From: an uncultured Planctomycetaceae bacterium
GTDB lineage: Bacteria; Planctomycetota; Phycisphaerae; SM23-33
NCBI GenBank assembly: GCA_964632015.1
Contig: CAZWAT010000001.1
Location: 1,834-65,833, forward strand
DNA: 64,000 nt
Reading direction: 5' to 3'
This document shows, piece after piece, positions 18,284 to 28,312 of this stretch. The position numbers and the translations under genes were made by a program. Numbering within the stretch: the first letter of the stretch is position 1; each line of letters starts with the position of its first letter. The notes below the pieces were generated by a model, which did not search any database, was not told the DNA's origin, and saw only the letters and a program-made list of their open reading frames with translations.

Positions 18284-19363
18284 TTACAAACATTTTGCCA
18301 GTTCCTGCAAGGTGATGTCATCGAAAGACTCAACCCGTCCAATTGCCGTAGGCAAGATCATCCTCACCTTGCCATGCCTTGCCTTCTTGTCGTGCAGCAT
18401 GGTCACCCATATCTCTTCGGGCGCCAGTTCGGAATATGAAACAGGAAGTCGGAGCTTTTCAAGAAGGGTAGTGATTCGCTTGCACGAATCCGCGTCAATC
18501 AGTTCCCTTTCCCTCGCCAGCTTCATCGCAAGCACCATTCCCAGCGACACCGCCTCGCCATGCAGCATGGCCCCATACCCGCCCAGCGCCTCGATAGCGT
18601 GTCCAATGGTATGGCCGAAGTTCAAATGCTCTCTTTGCCCCGACTCCCGTTCATCGGCAGAGACCACCTGCGCTTTTATCTGAACATTGCGCGCCACAAG
18701 GTCGCACAGCACATCGCTTCGACGATCAAAAACCTGCTCGTAATTGGATTCGATATACTCCACGAGTGTCACATCGCGAATAATCCCATGTTTGACGCAT
18801 TCGGCCAGGCCACTGGATAACTGGCGGTCGTCAAGAGTCTTTAGCAAACCCACGTCTATCAGAACGGCTGCGGGTTGATGAAACGCGCCAATAAGGTTCT
18901 TGCCCGCCTGGTGATCGAGCCCGGTCTTTCCGCCAACAGAAGCATCCACCGCCGAAAGCAACGTCGTGGGGCATTGCACCACCCGCAGCCCCCTCAACAC
19001 CACCGCCGCAAGGAACCCACACATGTCCCCGACAACTCCTCCGCCAAGACCGACGAGCAACGTCTTGCGATCAATCGCGGGCTTGAGCGCAAGTATCTCG
19101 TCTGCGAGGCTGCTGAATGTTTCGAGGTTCTTATGCTCCTCCCCTGCGGGAAAGGTCAGCAAACTTGCCTGTATCCCGGCGTTTTCGAGGGAAGTCTGGG
19201 CCTTCTGCGCATGAAGTGCCTGGACTGTGGAATCTGTAACCACAACCACAGAAGACGGATCGAGCGACACGACCGCCTGACCGAGATGCTCCATGGCGTC
19301 TGGCGCGATGCGCACGTCGTAACTTCGGTCGGCCAGGTCAACCCTGATCTTCGCGCTCATCAA
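18284..19363 (-). CDS. aroB: 3-dehydroquinate synthase
   Basis: GGGVVGDMCGFLAAVVLRGLRVVQCPTTLLSAVDASVGGKTG and HTIGHAIE motifs. Confidence 0.85.
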   Translation of the reverse strand: MMSAKIRVDLADRSYDVRIAPDAMEHLGQAVVSLDPSSVVVVTDSTVQALHAQKAQTSLENAGIQASLLTFPAGEEHKNLETFSSLADEILALKPAIDRKTLLVGLGGGVVGDMCGFLAAVVLRGLRVVQCPTTLLSAVDASVGGKTGLDHQAGKNLIGAFHQPAAVLIDVGLLKTLDDRQLSSGLAECVKHGIIRDVTLVEYIESNYEQVFDRRSDVLCDLVARNVQIKAQVVSADERESGQREHLNFGHTIGHAIEALGGYGAMLHGEAVSLGMVLAMKLARERELIDADSCKRITTLLEKLRLPVSYSELAPEEIWVTMLHDKKARHGKVRMILPTAIGRVESFDDITLQELAKCL

Positions 19364-20378
19364 CGTCCTCCTTTCGCCGACGATAGTCCTCCGCCGCCGC
19401 CCTCAGTTCCGGATCAATCGACTCGGGATCCTCCAGTACATCATCGTCGACTGCCTGTTCATCACGGGGTATCGCGCGCCACCTTCGCCCCGCGGCTGCC
19501 TCGTCGTCCCTCTTTTTCAGAGTCATCTGCCTTTTGATTATGATGAAGCCCATGGCAAGGGCCAACACCACTATCAACATCGCCTGCGTGCTCTTGTTGC
19601 CCGCGGGCTTTTTCGTCGATATGTCCTCTTGACGTATCTGCCAAGCCAAGGCTACCGGGTAAGTATAAGGTTTGTGTTCTATTGTCTTTCCATCAACAAC
19701 CTTGTAGAAAACGCCCGCAACTTCCACTGCGGTGGAGGTCCAGTCATAGGTGGCATCTCCGTCTTGATCCCTGCTTGCGGGCTTGCCGAGGATCTTTTCA
19801 GGATCAATATGGGTCAGCACGGTCAGCGCCTGATTCGTGGGCTTGCCGTCAACTGACAGCAGGCAATCCCATTGCCACACAGGCCCGTTGCTTGCGGGCC
19901 AGTAGACATTAGGCACGAAGTGCTCATTCGGGCGTCTTGTGAGAACCCTCGCCACATGCACCTTTATTCTCATGGGGACGGCAGCGTATCGTTCTGGCTT
20001 GCGCAGCAGGTTGCCAATTGCCGGTGCGTCAAGCTGGGTCCATTCATCATCATCCAGAGTTGGCGCAACCTTCAGACGCGATATGAACATAAGCGCCACG
20101 GGCATATCCACATTGTCCCGACGTTCTATTGACCGCTCATAGGCAAGCTTCTCGTGATCCAGCAGGCGCAGGCCCCGCTCGATGGCGTGAACCTTGTTCA
20201 CAGGTGGAAGATCGTCTGGCGAGGTCGCATCATTGCCAGAGGCGACATCCGTCACCCCCTGCCCAGCCGCGGACTCGATGTGGGTTTCATCCTGATCGGC
20301 CCATGCGGGGGTGGCGACTGCAATAGCCACAATGCAGGCGACAAACCAACTTTGCGTTTTTATTTCAGGCGTCATCAT
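19338..20378 (-). CDS. Hypothetical exported protein with cleavable signal peptide and C-terminal TM anchor plus charged tail
   Basis: N-terminal FVACIVAIAVATPAWA is a signal peptide. The C-terminus has LIVVLALAMGFIIIKR followed by an acidic/basic tail. The stop overlaps the aroB start by 26 nt. Confidence 0.5.
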   Translation of the reverse strand: MMTPEIKTQSWFVACIVAIAVATPAWADQDETHIESAAGQGVTDVASGNDATSPDDLPPVNKVHAIERGLRLLDHEKLAYERSIERRDNVDMPVALMFISRLKVAPTLDDDEWTQLDAPAIGNLLRKPERYAAVPMRIKVHVARVLTRRPNEHFVPNVYWPASNGPVWQWDCLLSVDGKPTNQALTVLTHIDPEKILGKPASRDQDGDATYDWTSTAVEVAGVFYKVVDGKTIEHKPYTYPVALAWQIRQEDISTKKPAGNKSTQAMLIVVLALAMGFIIIKRQMTLKKRDDEAAAGRRWRAIPRDEQAVDDDVLEDPESIDPELRAAAEDYRRRKEDVDEREDQG

Positions 20379-20423
20379 TCTGAACAGATTACCGTTTGTA
20401 TTGTGACTGTCATAAAAAGGCCA

Positions 20424-21548
20424 TTATACTGAAAGGCTCTGCTCGAAACCCTTTATCTTTCGATACAGATTATGCAGCACCGTCACGTTGTCTCCGCAAA
20501 GATACTTTACCTTCCCTCCCATACGATGGAAAGATTTGCAGAATCGCAGGTAATACGCTGGATGATCCTTTGGTGGTTCGCCGCGTGACCAATCCCAATC
20601 GCCGCCATCCTGAATGTCCACAACCGCGATGGTGTGGTCTTTCACCGGGTCGCAACCCTGTGCGATGCGAAGATTATTGGCAAGGCTCAGGGCCTTTTCG
20701 AACACCTGTGGACTCATTATCGCCGAGCCCACCGAAAGGTAAACTCCACCGGAGAGGTTCATCACGCTTGCGGCAAAAACGCGTGCGTCCACCTGGCTGG
20801 TTCGACCGATGGCACAGCCGCTGAACATCGGATGGTTTGTGTAGATGTCGTACCCGATACCTGGATGCACTGTCAGAGGCACGCCCTTTCGGCAGGCATG
20901 GGCGGCGACTGAAAAACGCTTGAAAGGGTGTTCTACATGATATTTCCCAGCAGGCAACTTGAAATTGTCCATCGCGCCGAGCAGATCCGCCCTTGCGGGT
21001 GTGAGTGGATGCCCCGGCTGAGACGCAATAGCCCGCCCAAGCTCCTGCGGATCTTCGAGAACCACTCCATCATCGAGCGTGAATCTGCCGATCGACTCGC
21101 CCAGCCCCAAGCCCGCCGCCGCACCAGTCAGCGCAGAAAGATTTATCGCAACGCCCGTCTCTTCCCAGGTTCCGAACCTTCCCTGGGCGACGTTTTCGCG
21201 TACGCTTTCGCTTGAAACGCCCATGTGGGCGAATTCCCAGTCGTGAATCATACCGGCCCCCTGTGTGGCAAGATGGGTGACAAATCCCTTTTCGATCAAA
21301 GCGTTAAGAAGCGGGCCTCCACCGTTCTTGATAAGGTGCGCCCCGTAGGCAAGCATAACCGAGGCCCCGTTTGCACGTGCTTCCACGATATCCTTTGCGA
21401 GTGCTTCTATCGCCGGTTCGAGTTCTCCCGCGGCTGCTGGTGGATAACTGTCCGGGTCGACGGCAATTTTGTTGATGTCCAGCAGGCTTTTGCGTTCGGC
21501 AAGGGGGAATGTTTTTATCCGGGTAGCGTCGATCTGGTCGTAGGGCAT
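20424..21548 (-). CDS. Conserved hypothetical, possibly deoxyhypusine-synthase-like (DS family) fold
   Basis: Start is set at the first ATG downstream of the tRNA (21548); the longer ORF-track N-terminus is the antisense of tRNA-Val. The segment LAYGAHLIKNGGG...FVTHLATQGAGMIHD resembles the DHS motif LGYTSNLISSG...VLVTTAGGVEED. This is a weak call. Confidence 0.35.
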   Translation of the reverse strand: MPYDQIDATRIKTFPLAERKSLLDINKIAVDPDSYPPAAAGELEPAIEALAKDIVEARANGASVMLAYGAHLIKNGGGPLLNALIEKGFVTHLATQGAGMIHDWEFAHMGVSSESVRENVAQGRFGTWEETGVAINLSALTGAAAGLGLGESIGRFTLDDGVVLEDPQELGRAIASQPGHPLTPARADLLGAMDNFKLPAGKYHVEHPFKRFSVAAHACRKGVPLTVHPGIGYDIYTNHPMFSGCAIGRTSQVDARVFAASVMNLSGGVYLSVGSAIMSPQVFEKALSLANNLRIAQGCDPVKDHTIAVVDIQDGGDWDWSRGEPPKDHPAYYLRFCKSFHRMGGKVKYLCGDNVTVLHNLYRKIKGFEQSLSV

Positions 21549-21618
21549 GCTAAAGACACTCGCTTTGGGATTTATCTCGAAAAGGTCGCCAGCCCGCCAG
21601 GCTGCACACTTCGAGTAC

Positions 21619-21692
21619 TGGGCGCAACAGGGCTTGAACCTGTGACCTCGTCCTTGTAAGGGACGCGCTCTAGCCAACTGAGCTATGCGCCC
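21619..21692 (-). tRNA. tRNA-Val (anticodon UAC)
   Basis: Hand-folded cloverleaf: acceptor GGGCGCA/TGCGCCC, D-stem GCTC/GAGC, anticodon stem CGTCC/GGACG with loop CTTACAA, T-stem ACAGG/CCTGT with loop TTCAAGC. CCA is not encoded. Confidence 0.85.
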
Positions 21693-21900
21693 GCGCACAG
21701 AAGTATACATCAAGTCGCCTTGTGTGCAAATGCCTGGTTGCACCATTCGTGGAAAGTTGATCGAGACGGTCAGCCCTCGCCGCTGTACGATAAATCACTA
21801 TGACACTTGCATTATCCGCCGGATTACATCAAAATTGCTGTATTGCTGTGTCATTCCCGTCGGGTTATTGACCTACAGAAGTGCGAAAGGCTATCGAAAA

Positions 21901-23124
21901 ATGGTAAAAGTTGCGTTGGTTGGAATCGGGGGTTATGGGGCCTCACTGCTCAAGAGCATACGAAACGCCCAATCCCTTGGGGCATGCCAACTCATAGCCG
22001 CCGCCGACAGCAAATCAGACGAGCTGCCCGAAGCAGGCGAACTTAGCGCCCAGGGTATCAGGATATTCTCAAGCGCCGAGGGGATGTTCTCAGAGATGCG
22101 GGGTCAGGCTCAGGCGATGATAATAGGAACGGGCATTCCCAGTCACGAGCACCTGACCGTCTGCGCAGCCAAGGCCGGATACCATGTTCACATTGAAAAA
22201 CCCCCCGCGGCGACCATACAGGAAGTGGACCGCATGCTCGAAGCCCTTCGCACCGCCGGAAGATTCTGCCAGGTTGGTTTTCAGGCAGTGCATGGCGAGG
22301 ATGTCCGGTTGGTCAAGAAGCGTATCGTGGAGGGCAGACTCGGAAAGGTGTCGACTCTCAAATGTGGCGCAGCCTGGCCAAGAAATGACACGTACTATGG
22401 GCGCAACGGCTGGGCGGGCAAACTCAGAATTGGTGAAAACTGGGTTCTGGATGGCCCCGCCACCAACGCGCTTTGCCACCAGATTTCCAACATGCTGCTT
22501 CTGGCTTCGGACAAACCAGGCGAAATGGCAAGACCCGCAAAGGTTCGCGCGGAACTATACACCACCGGGAACATCGAAGCACACAGCACCGCAGCCATCG
22601 AAATAATCACTACCGAAGGTGTAAAGGCATACTTCATCGCAAGCCATACCTGTAATGACCATTTCGGGCCGGAAATTCTCATTGATGCTCAGCATGCCTC
22701 AGCGGTTTACAAATATGTCGAAGGCAGCACACTGAAGTTCGCGGACGGAACAACCGAAAACGCGCCCCGCTCTCTTGACGCCAGCAACAACATGATGCTC
22801 AACTTTATCGAGGCGATCGAGAAGGACGACAAGTCGCTGCTAAGATGTCCACTTGAGCAGACGCGCCAAATAGTGCTGGCCCTCAACGGTGCCCACGAGA
22901 GCAGCGGCAGCATTATTGTCATCGACGACGAGCATGTGAAAAAGGTTAAAGATGCCCAGGGCACCCGTCTGGTAGTCACCGGAATTGACGATGTGATAAC
23001 ACAATGCGCCGAACAGGGCAAGCTGCCAAGCGATCTGGACAAACCTCCCGCCTGGGCAAAACCAACCAAACCGTTCAGCTTGGAGGATTATTTCAGTTTC
23101 CCACAGCGGTTTTGCATGAGCTAG
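21901..23124 (+). CDS. Gfo/Idh/MocA-family NAD(P)-dependent oxidoreductase
   Basis: ATG at 21901 (MVKVALVGIGGYGASLL Rossmann start) is preceded by GAAAGG. The longer ORF-track N-terminus runs through the tRNA region and is not credible. Confidence 0.7.
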   Translation: MVKVALVGIGGYGASLLKSIRNAQSLGACQLIAAADSKSDELPEAGELSAQGIRIFSSAEGMFSEMRGQAQAMIIGTGIPSHEHLTVCAAKAGYHVHIEKPPAATIQEVDRMLEALRTAGRFCQVGFQAVHGEDVRLVKKRIVEGRLGKVSTLKCGAAWPRNDTYYGRNGWAGKLRIGENWVLDGPATNALCHQISNMLLLASDKPGEMARPAKVRAELYTTGNIEAHSTAAIEIITTEGVKAYFIASHTCNDHFGPEILIDAQHASAVYKYVEGSTLKFADGTTENAPRSLDASNNMMLNFIEAIEKDDKSLLRCPLEQTRQIVLALNGAHESSGSIIVIDDEHVKKVKDAQGTRLVVTGIDDVITQCAEQGKLPSDLDKPPAWAKPTKPFSLEDYFSFPQRFCMS

Positions 23125-23307
23125 ACACTGGCAACAGAGAAGCGCCGCCCCAAGGCCACGCATTTGGGCCTGAGTGGTTGAACCATTTCCGACATCCAGC
23201 GAATACAATGTAGTGACTCTCCTGTGTGTTCGCAGATGCTCAGACTTTGTTGTGATAGGCAGGGTTTATGGTATAATACATATCGAGCCAAGGAGCGGAG
23301 CGACTGG

Positions 23308-23850
23308 ATGAATATCGGGCAGAAACAAAGTGTCTCCAATCTTCGGTTCTATCTCTACGATAGGCCGTTGCACCCGGAATTTTTTGACATTTATCATGAT
23401 CACCATATCACCAAATCCGCGTATGAAGCGCAGATTTGGGTCACCGGTTGTACGCATGTAATCGCCTTCATCCGCGAGAATCAGTCTATGGTGGAAGTCA
23501 CCGCCGATGCTCAGTCAACCCTGCCCGAAAGGGGCAAACTGCTCGAAATGCCCTTCCGCGGCGAGCGAGATCACGAGCGAAAACGCACAAACGGCATCAA
23601 CTATATGATGAACTTCCAGGTCGAGTCGATGAGCGCCAACGTCTACTCGAAGACCCATCACGACCTCGCCAGACTGGGCGCACAGCGAGGCCTGTTCGTG
23701 CCATTTCCCAATTGGATGGCCCGAGGGCTGACGCCCTTCACGTTCATCGACTACCAGGCGAAACCCAACGAACTGCATGTTTTCACGTTCCATGCATTCC
23801 CGGAAGATATGACAGTAGTCAAGACGCAATCCATCTTCGAGTTGGGTTAG
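23308..23850 (+). CDS. Hypothetical protein
   Basis: ATG at 23308 with AGGAGCGGAG RBS. The product is 180 aa with LRFYLYDRPLHPEFF near the N-terminus and no motif I can name. Confidence 0.45.
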   Translation: MNIGQKQSVSNLRFYLYDRPLHPEFFDIYHDHHITKSAYEAQIWVTGCTHVIAFIRENQSMVEVTADAQSTLPERGKLLEMPFRGERDHERKRTNGINYMMNFQVESMSANVYSKTHHDLARLGAQRGLFVPFPNWMARGLTPFTFIDYQAKPNELHVFTFHAFPEDMTVVKTQSIFELG

Positions 23851-24060
23851 TCAAGCCCAACTATCCCATTTTGTGCACATGGGCGATCCGGCGCATTAGC
23901 CTAAACCTTTGCACGACAAGTACTTTCGCAATCGTGAATAGCCTGTGCCCAAACCAGAACATAATCACTGCCGGATAAAACAGGTAAATTGGGTAATCAA
24001 CGCCCCCAAGCCTGTTGGGCTGATATGGAGACAGGTGGGTCAATATGGTATATTGTGCCC

Positions 24061-26427
24061 ATGCCTCTGAATGTGGCGGCTATATGCGTTCATTTCTATC
24101 AGCCTTGGTGGCTTATTGGGTCGCTTGCCGCGCTGGTTCCGATTGTGCTGGCAATTCACGACAGGCACGCCACGCCCGCACCCAATGCCTGGAGCGTACT
24201 AATGCGGAGTGCGGCGATTGTGCTCCTTTGCGCTGCTCTGTCGGGTCCTTCCGTTGCTGGTTCTTCGTCGTCAAGGATGGACTGGCTGGTGCTCAACGAC
24301 GTATCGGACTCCACGCGAAGCAGCACGTCGCAACTGTCGCTGGATGACAACCTTTGTACTGTTGTGGACTTCGCCGGGAGTCTTGGCTCAGAGGCGGACA
24401 GAACGGCTACCTTCATCGCCCCCGCCCTTACGTTTGCCCAGATCAAAGCCCCCGACATCGCGGGTGTTGTCATTCGCACGGATGGGCATTTCCAAGATAT
24501 GGATTGGAAACCTTCGGCAAAGTCGCTGGGGTCAGCCGGCGCAAAAGTGTTTATCCTGCCCATCGCCTCGGCCCAGCCCGACGCCGCGATTACCGGATTC
24601 TCAGCGCATCGGGATGTCAGCGACAATGTTCAACTCGGCGTCACAATAGCGTCCAACTTTCATATGGAGCGTGTGTTGCGTGTATATCGGCAGCATGCGT
24701 TGCTTGTCGAAAGACAAGTTTTGCTTGAGGCTAACCAGGCGATAACAATTCTGGTGCTCGACACCGCAGGCGCGCCAAACTCGGTGCAATATGAGGCCTC
24801 ACTGACCCCCGGCGATGCTTATGCCGAGAATGACCGGGCCGAGGCACTGGTGGGTCCGGCGATTGCTCGAACCGCCATCGTGTGCGATGACGCTAACGCG
24901 CTGGCGCTGACGCCCGGGGCAAAGTCGATATCGATGACACAGGCGCCTCATCATGCGGTGGATTACCATCACTATTCGGCTGTGCTGCTTCACGACCCCA
25001 ACGGCGAGGCACTGACGAACTCTCAGCGAACCGCGCTTGCTGAGTACGTGCGATCTGGAGGCGGGCTTGTAATGCTTGGCGCAAGCGCCGGCGAGCGATC
25101 GGACGACGATCCCCTTCTTGGCGTCAGTGCCCTTGAAAGCGATCGTTTCCGCCGAAAGCCTTTGAGAGTAATCGTGGTTCTTGACGCCTCGGGTTCCATG
25201 ACCGGCACGCTGGTCGACGATGCTGGTCAGATGAGATCCAAGTTTGACCAGGCTTCGGAGGCGTTGCTCGCAGTCAGACCTCACATCACAGATGCCGACT
25301 CCTTGGCGGTCGTGACTTTCAACGATACCGCCAAGACGGTCTATGACAGCTCTTCGGGCCGGGTCGATTGGCAGGGGCTCAGGCAATCTCTCACAAACGT
25401 CGGCTGCGCCGGCCCCACGTACGCCGATGAGGGCCTGAAACACCTGCTCAAGATGGATGATCCCCACGGGCTCGATACATTGGTGATATTGGTGACCGAC
25501 CTGGCGGTCAGGCCGATGGATGCATCGGCGCTGGCGAACAGGCTCAACAACGCCAACATCGCGCTGGCAATCGTAACGGTTGACGATGATGAAGAATCCA
25601 TCCCAGAGCCTTCGGTAATGGCACTGGCGGAGATGATGGACTCAGCACTTGTGAGGGCACAGGGCTATACAGGACTGGCTGACATTTTCGCCCGCTTCAT
25701 CAAACGCCACCGGGGCTCGTCCATGATCAGGGGAAAATTCGTATCGAATTCTGCTCTATTCGGGGTCAACCTGTCCGGTGCACCGTTTGAAACATGGTGG
25801 CCGAGCGTGCCGGCGAGCGAAGCACAGGTGCTTGCCCGAATCGAGCCCGGTCCCATTGTCGCGACTAAACAGGCCGGCGCCGGAAGATCAATATCCATCG
25901 CCACAGGAGATCTCAACTTCAGCACGAATCTACAAAGCCTGCTGCGCTCGGCTCTGAGATACGTCACACTTCATGAAGGCAAATACCGCGTGGAGATCGA
26001 CTCCCGGAATGACCGCTCGCCTGTATTGCGCATATTAAGCAAAGACTCCATGCTGCCAGACAACCTGCATTTTCACATCCACACAGCGGAGGGGATCATC
26101 CAGGCTCACCAGACGGGGCCGGGGCGATATCTGGCGGCGCTGCCCAGTACCCAGGCACTTTCTGGAGTGACTGTCGTGCTTGATGACATGGTAATCTGGC
26201 GAGGGTTTTATGGTGGACTCGCCCCGCGGGAATATCTTCGAACAGGCCCGAACGACGAGGCGTTGCGCGAACTGGCCAACCTGACCGGGGCGACAATAAT
26301 CACCGAGGCGCAGCTTCCATTGGCAACAACGGCTGCAAGGGAACAATACGCGGATATTTCGAATGCGCTTCTGCTCGGGGCGCTTGCGATTATGCTGGTT
26401 AATTGGATGCTGTTTCGCCCGGTGTAA
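24061..26427 (+). CDS. BatA-like protein: N-terminal double-TM anchor, vWA domain, C-terminal TM
   Basis: FYQPWWLIGSLAALVPIVLAIHDRH matches the BatA/TIGR02226-type N-terminal double-TM start. A vWA MIDAS motif VIVVLDASGSMTG lies mid-protein. C-terminal TM helix LLLGALAIMLVNWMLF. Confidence 0.6.
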   Translation: MPLNVAAICVHFYQPWWLIGSLAALVPIVLAIHDRHATPAPNAWSVLMRSAAIVLLCAALSGPSVAGSSSSRMDWLVLNDVSDSTRSSTSQLSLDDNLCTVVDFAGSLGSEADRTATFIAPALTFAQIKAPDIAGVVIRTDGHFQDMDWKPSAKSLGSAGAKVFILPIASAQPDAAITGFSAHRDVSDNVQLGVTIASNFHMERVLRVYRQHALLVERQVLLEANQAITILVLDTAGAPNSVQYEASLTPGDAYAENDRAEALVGPAIARTAIVCDDANALALTPGAKSISMTQAPHHAVDYHHYSAVLLHDPNGEALTNSQRTALAEYVRSGGGLVMLGASAGERSDDDPLLGVSALESDRFRRKPLRVIVVLDASGSMTGTLVDDAGQMRSKFDQASEALLAVRPHITDADSLAVVTFNDTAKTVYDSSSGRVDWQGLRQSLTNVGCAGPTYADEGLKHLLKMDDPHGLDTLVILVTDLAVRPMDASALANRLNNANIALAIVTVDDDEESIPEPSVMALAEMMDSALVRAQGYTGLADIFARFIKRHRGSSMIRGKFVSNSALFGVNLSGAPFETWWPSVPASEAQVLARIEPGPIVATKQAGAGRSISIATGDLNFSTNLQSLLRSALRYVTLHEGKYRVEIDSRNDRSPVLRILSKDSMLPDNLHFHIHTAEGIIQAHQTGPGRYLAALPSTQALSGVTVVLDDMVIWRGFYGGLAPREYLRTGPNDEALRELANLTGATIITEAQLPLATTAAREQYADISNALLLGALAIMLVNWMLFRPV

Positions 26428-26444
26428 CTCGCAATTCTCCATAG

Positions 26445-26475
26445 ATAAGGTGAACACCTTATTTTGTGTTTTTTT
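26445..26475 (+). terminator. Rho-independent terminator after the BatA-like gene
   Basis: Inverted repeat ATAAGGTG-aa-CACCTTAT followed directly by TTTGTGTTTTTTT. Confidence 0.5.
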
Positions 26476-26565
26476 CGCAAATTCCCTATCGTTTACCCCG
26501 TCGTTCTTAAGCCCTCCCCCCGGTGCGCCGATAGTGCTTATGGGCGGTCACATTAGGAGAAACTC

Positions 26566-27585
26566 TTGACGGGGCGGAGACAGATTCTCGTAGTCGATGA
26601 TGATCACGTTATCTGCGACGTACTGTGTGCGACGCTGCGAAACGCGGGGATGAAGTGCCACGGTACCACAGACGGTCACGAGGCCCTTGCGCTTCTTTCG
26701 AAGGCGACATACGACGTAATGATATGCGACATAATCATGCCCGGCGTCGGGGGCCTGGAATTGCTCGAAAGGTCACAGACGTTGGCGCCTGATTGCAAGG
26801 TCATAATGATCACCGGATGCAAGGATACCCAGCATCTGGCCAACTCTCTTCACCTTAACGCGTTTGACTATGTGCAAAAGCCTTTCGACATGCATTACAT
26901 GCTGGAAGTGGTCGAAAAGGCCTATGCACACTCTGCACAGTCCCTCCAACTTCGTGCTGCAGAGGCGCTGGAGCTGCAAAGCAGGCAAAGGCAAATCTTC
27001 CTGGACAGCGTGCAGGCACTGGTGAACATCGTCGAAGCCAAAGACAGCTACACAAGGCGGCACAGCGATCATGTAACATATTACAGCCTGTGCATCAGTC
27101 GCCTGCTTGGCATGCCAATAGAGATGCTTTCGTCCATAAAGACCGCTGCCCTGCTTCACGATATCGGAAAGATCGGCGTGCCCGATCGCATACTCACCAA
27201 GCCGGGGGCGCTGACCAAGGATGAATTCGACCAGATCCGCCGGCACCCGCTTTTAGGGGCGGAGATCCTGCGGAATATCTCGGCGTTCCAGACCGAGGCC
27301 AGCTATGTTCAGTCGCATCATGAAAAATGGAACGGCCGAGGTTATCCCCACGGTATCAGCGGAAAGCAGATTCCACTACCCGCACGCATAATCAACGTCG
27401 CCGATTCAATAGACGCAATGCTGATGGAACGCAGCTACAAGCCGGCATTCCCGCTGGAAAAAGTGATAGAAGAAATTTCCCGCGGCGCGGGCGAACAGTT
27501 CGACCCTTCAATTGCCGAGGCGACAATCGCCTGGTGCACCTCAAACTACGATGAAGTAATGAGGCCTTTGCTGGAAGCTGCCTAG
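26566..27585 (+). CDS. Response regulator with REC domain and HD-GYP c-di-GMP phosphodiesterase domain (RpfG-like)
   Basis: TTG start 5 nt after an AGGAGA RBS. REC signature ILVVDDD...MICDIIMPGVGG. HD-GYP signatures HSDHV...LLHDIGKIGVPDRIL...HHEKWNGRGYPHG. No cognate histidine kinase is adjacent. Confidence 0.8.
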   Translation: MTGRRQILVVDDDHVICDVLCATLRNAGMKCHGTTDGHEALALLSKATYDVMICDIIMPGVGGLELLERSQTLAPDCKVIMITGCKDTQHLANSLHLNAFDYVQKPFDMHYMLEVVEKAYAHSAQSLQLRAAEALELQSRQRQIFLDSVQALVNIVEAKDSYTRRHSDHVTYYSLCISRLLGMPIEMLSSIKTAALLHDIGKIGVPDRILTKPGALTKDEFDQIRRHPLLGAEILRNISAFQTEASYVQSHHEKWNGRGYPHGISGKQIPLPARIINVADSIDAMLMERSYKPAFPLEKVIEEISRGAGEQFDPSIAEATIAWCTSNYDEVMRPLLEAA

Positions 27586-27635
27586 TTTTCCAATTTCCTG
27601 GTTCTCACATCGAGTTTCCTGTCGTATTATGTTAT

Positions 27636-27653
27636 GACTGACCAGTCAGTCAG
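27636..27653. promoter_or_regulatory. Putative TetR operator
   Basis: Perfect 8-bp inverted repeat TGACTGAC-ca-GTCAGTCA, 18 nt upstream of the tetR start codon. It overlaps an AT-rich -10-like tattatgtta. Confidence 0.5.
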
Positions 27654-27670
27654 AGAAAGAATGAGCAAAC

Positions 27671-28312
27671 ATGGCCGATAATCATCAGAAGAAAGACAGA
27701 AAGACGGCAATTCTCGCCGCTGCCGAAAAGGTTTTTGAGGAACACGGTTACTCCTCGACAACCATCGAAGCAATCGCGCTGGAGGCGAGCACCGCTAAAG
27801 GTAGTGTATACAATTACTTCAAGAGCAAGGAGGAACTCTTCGGGCAAGTGGTTTCAAAGGTTATCGCGGTCAACGAGGCGGACGTCAACAAGGTAATGTC
27901 CACCAGCAAAATCGCTTCTGAAAAGCTATTGTCTGCAATTGACATGTGGTTTGACCGCCTCGCCTATTACAGCAGAATAGGCAGGTTGATGCTTGAAGCC
28001 CGGGCCGCATCCGCCGCCAATGACGAACATGGCTCTTTAATTGCCGCCCAGTTCAAGGGGATTTATGAGCTGATGTGCAGAATCGTCAGCACGGTCATAG
28101 CCGAAGGTATCCAGTCGGGGGAGTTTTCAAGCACAATAGACGCCAGACAGGCTGCCATGCTCACAGTCGCCCTTCTGGACGGAATGCAGATAGAGTGCAT
28201 TCTGAACGTGGGAGTTACACCTGACAGAAATCTGCTGGAAGTGCTCAAGAGCGGAATTGTTTCGTCGCTGCGGGCTGGCATTATCAAGCAGGAACCGCAC
28301 AAAGAAGGGTGA
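27671..28312 (+). CDS. TetR/AcrR-family transcriptional repressor
   Basis: N-terminal HTH: RKTAILAAAEKVFEEHGYSSTTIEAIALEASTAKGSVYNYFKSKEELF. Confidence 0.85.
   Translation: MADNHQKKDRKTAILAAAEKVFEEHGYSSTTIEAIALEASTAKGSVYNYFKSKEELFGQVVSKVIAVNEADVNKVMSTSKIASEKLLSAIDMWFDRLAYYSRIGRLMLEARAASAANDEHGSLIAAQFKGIYELMCRIVSTVIAEGIQSGEFSSTIDARQAAMLTVALLDGMQIECILNVGVTPDRNLLEVLKSGIVSSLRAGIIKQEPHKEG

Noticed and set aside
21619-21692. tRNA-Val as a possible genomic-island integration site.
   Set aside because: No integrase, direct repeat of the tRNA 3' end, or composition shift is visible within 20 kb on either side. The flanking genes are housekeeping genes (aroB, pyrD, oxidoreductases).
21549-21746. N-terminal 66 residues of the ORF-track protein 20424-21746.
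   Set aside because: This stretch is the antisense translation of tRNA-Val. The real CDS must start downstream, at 21548.
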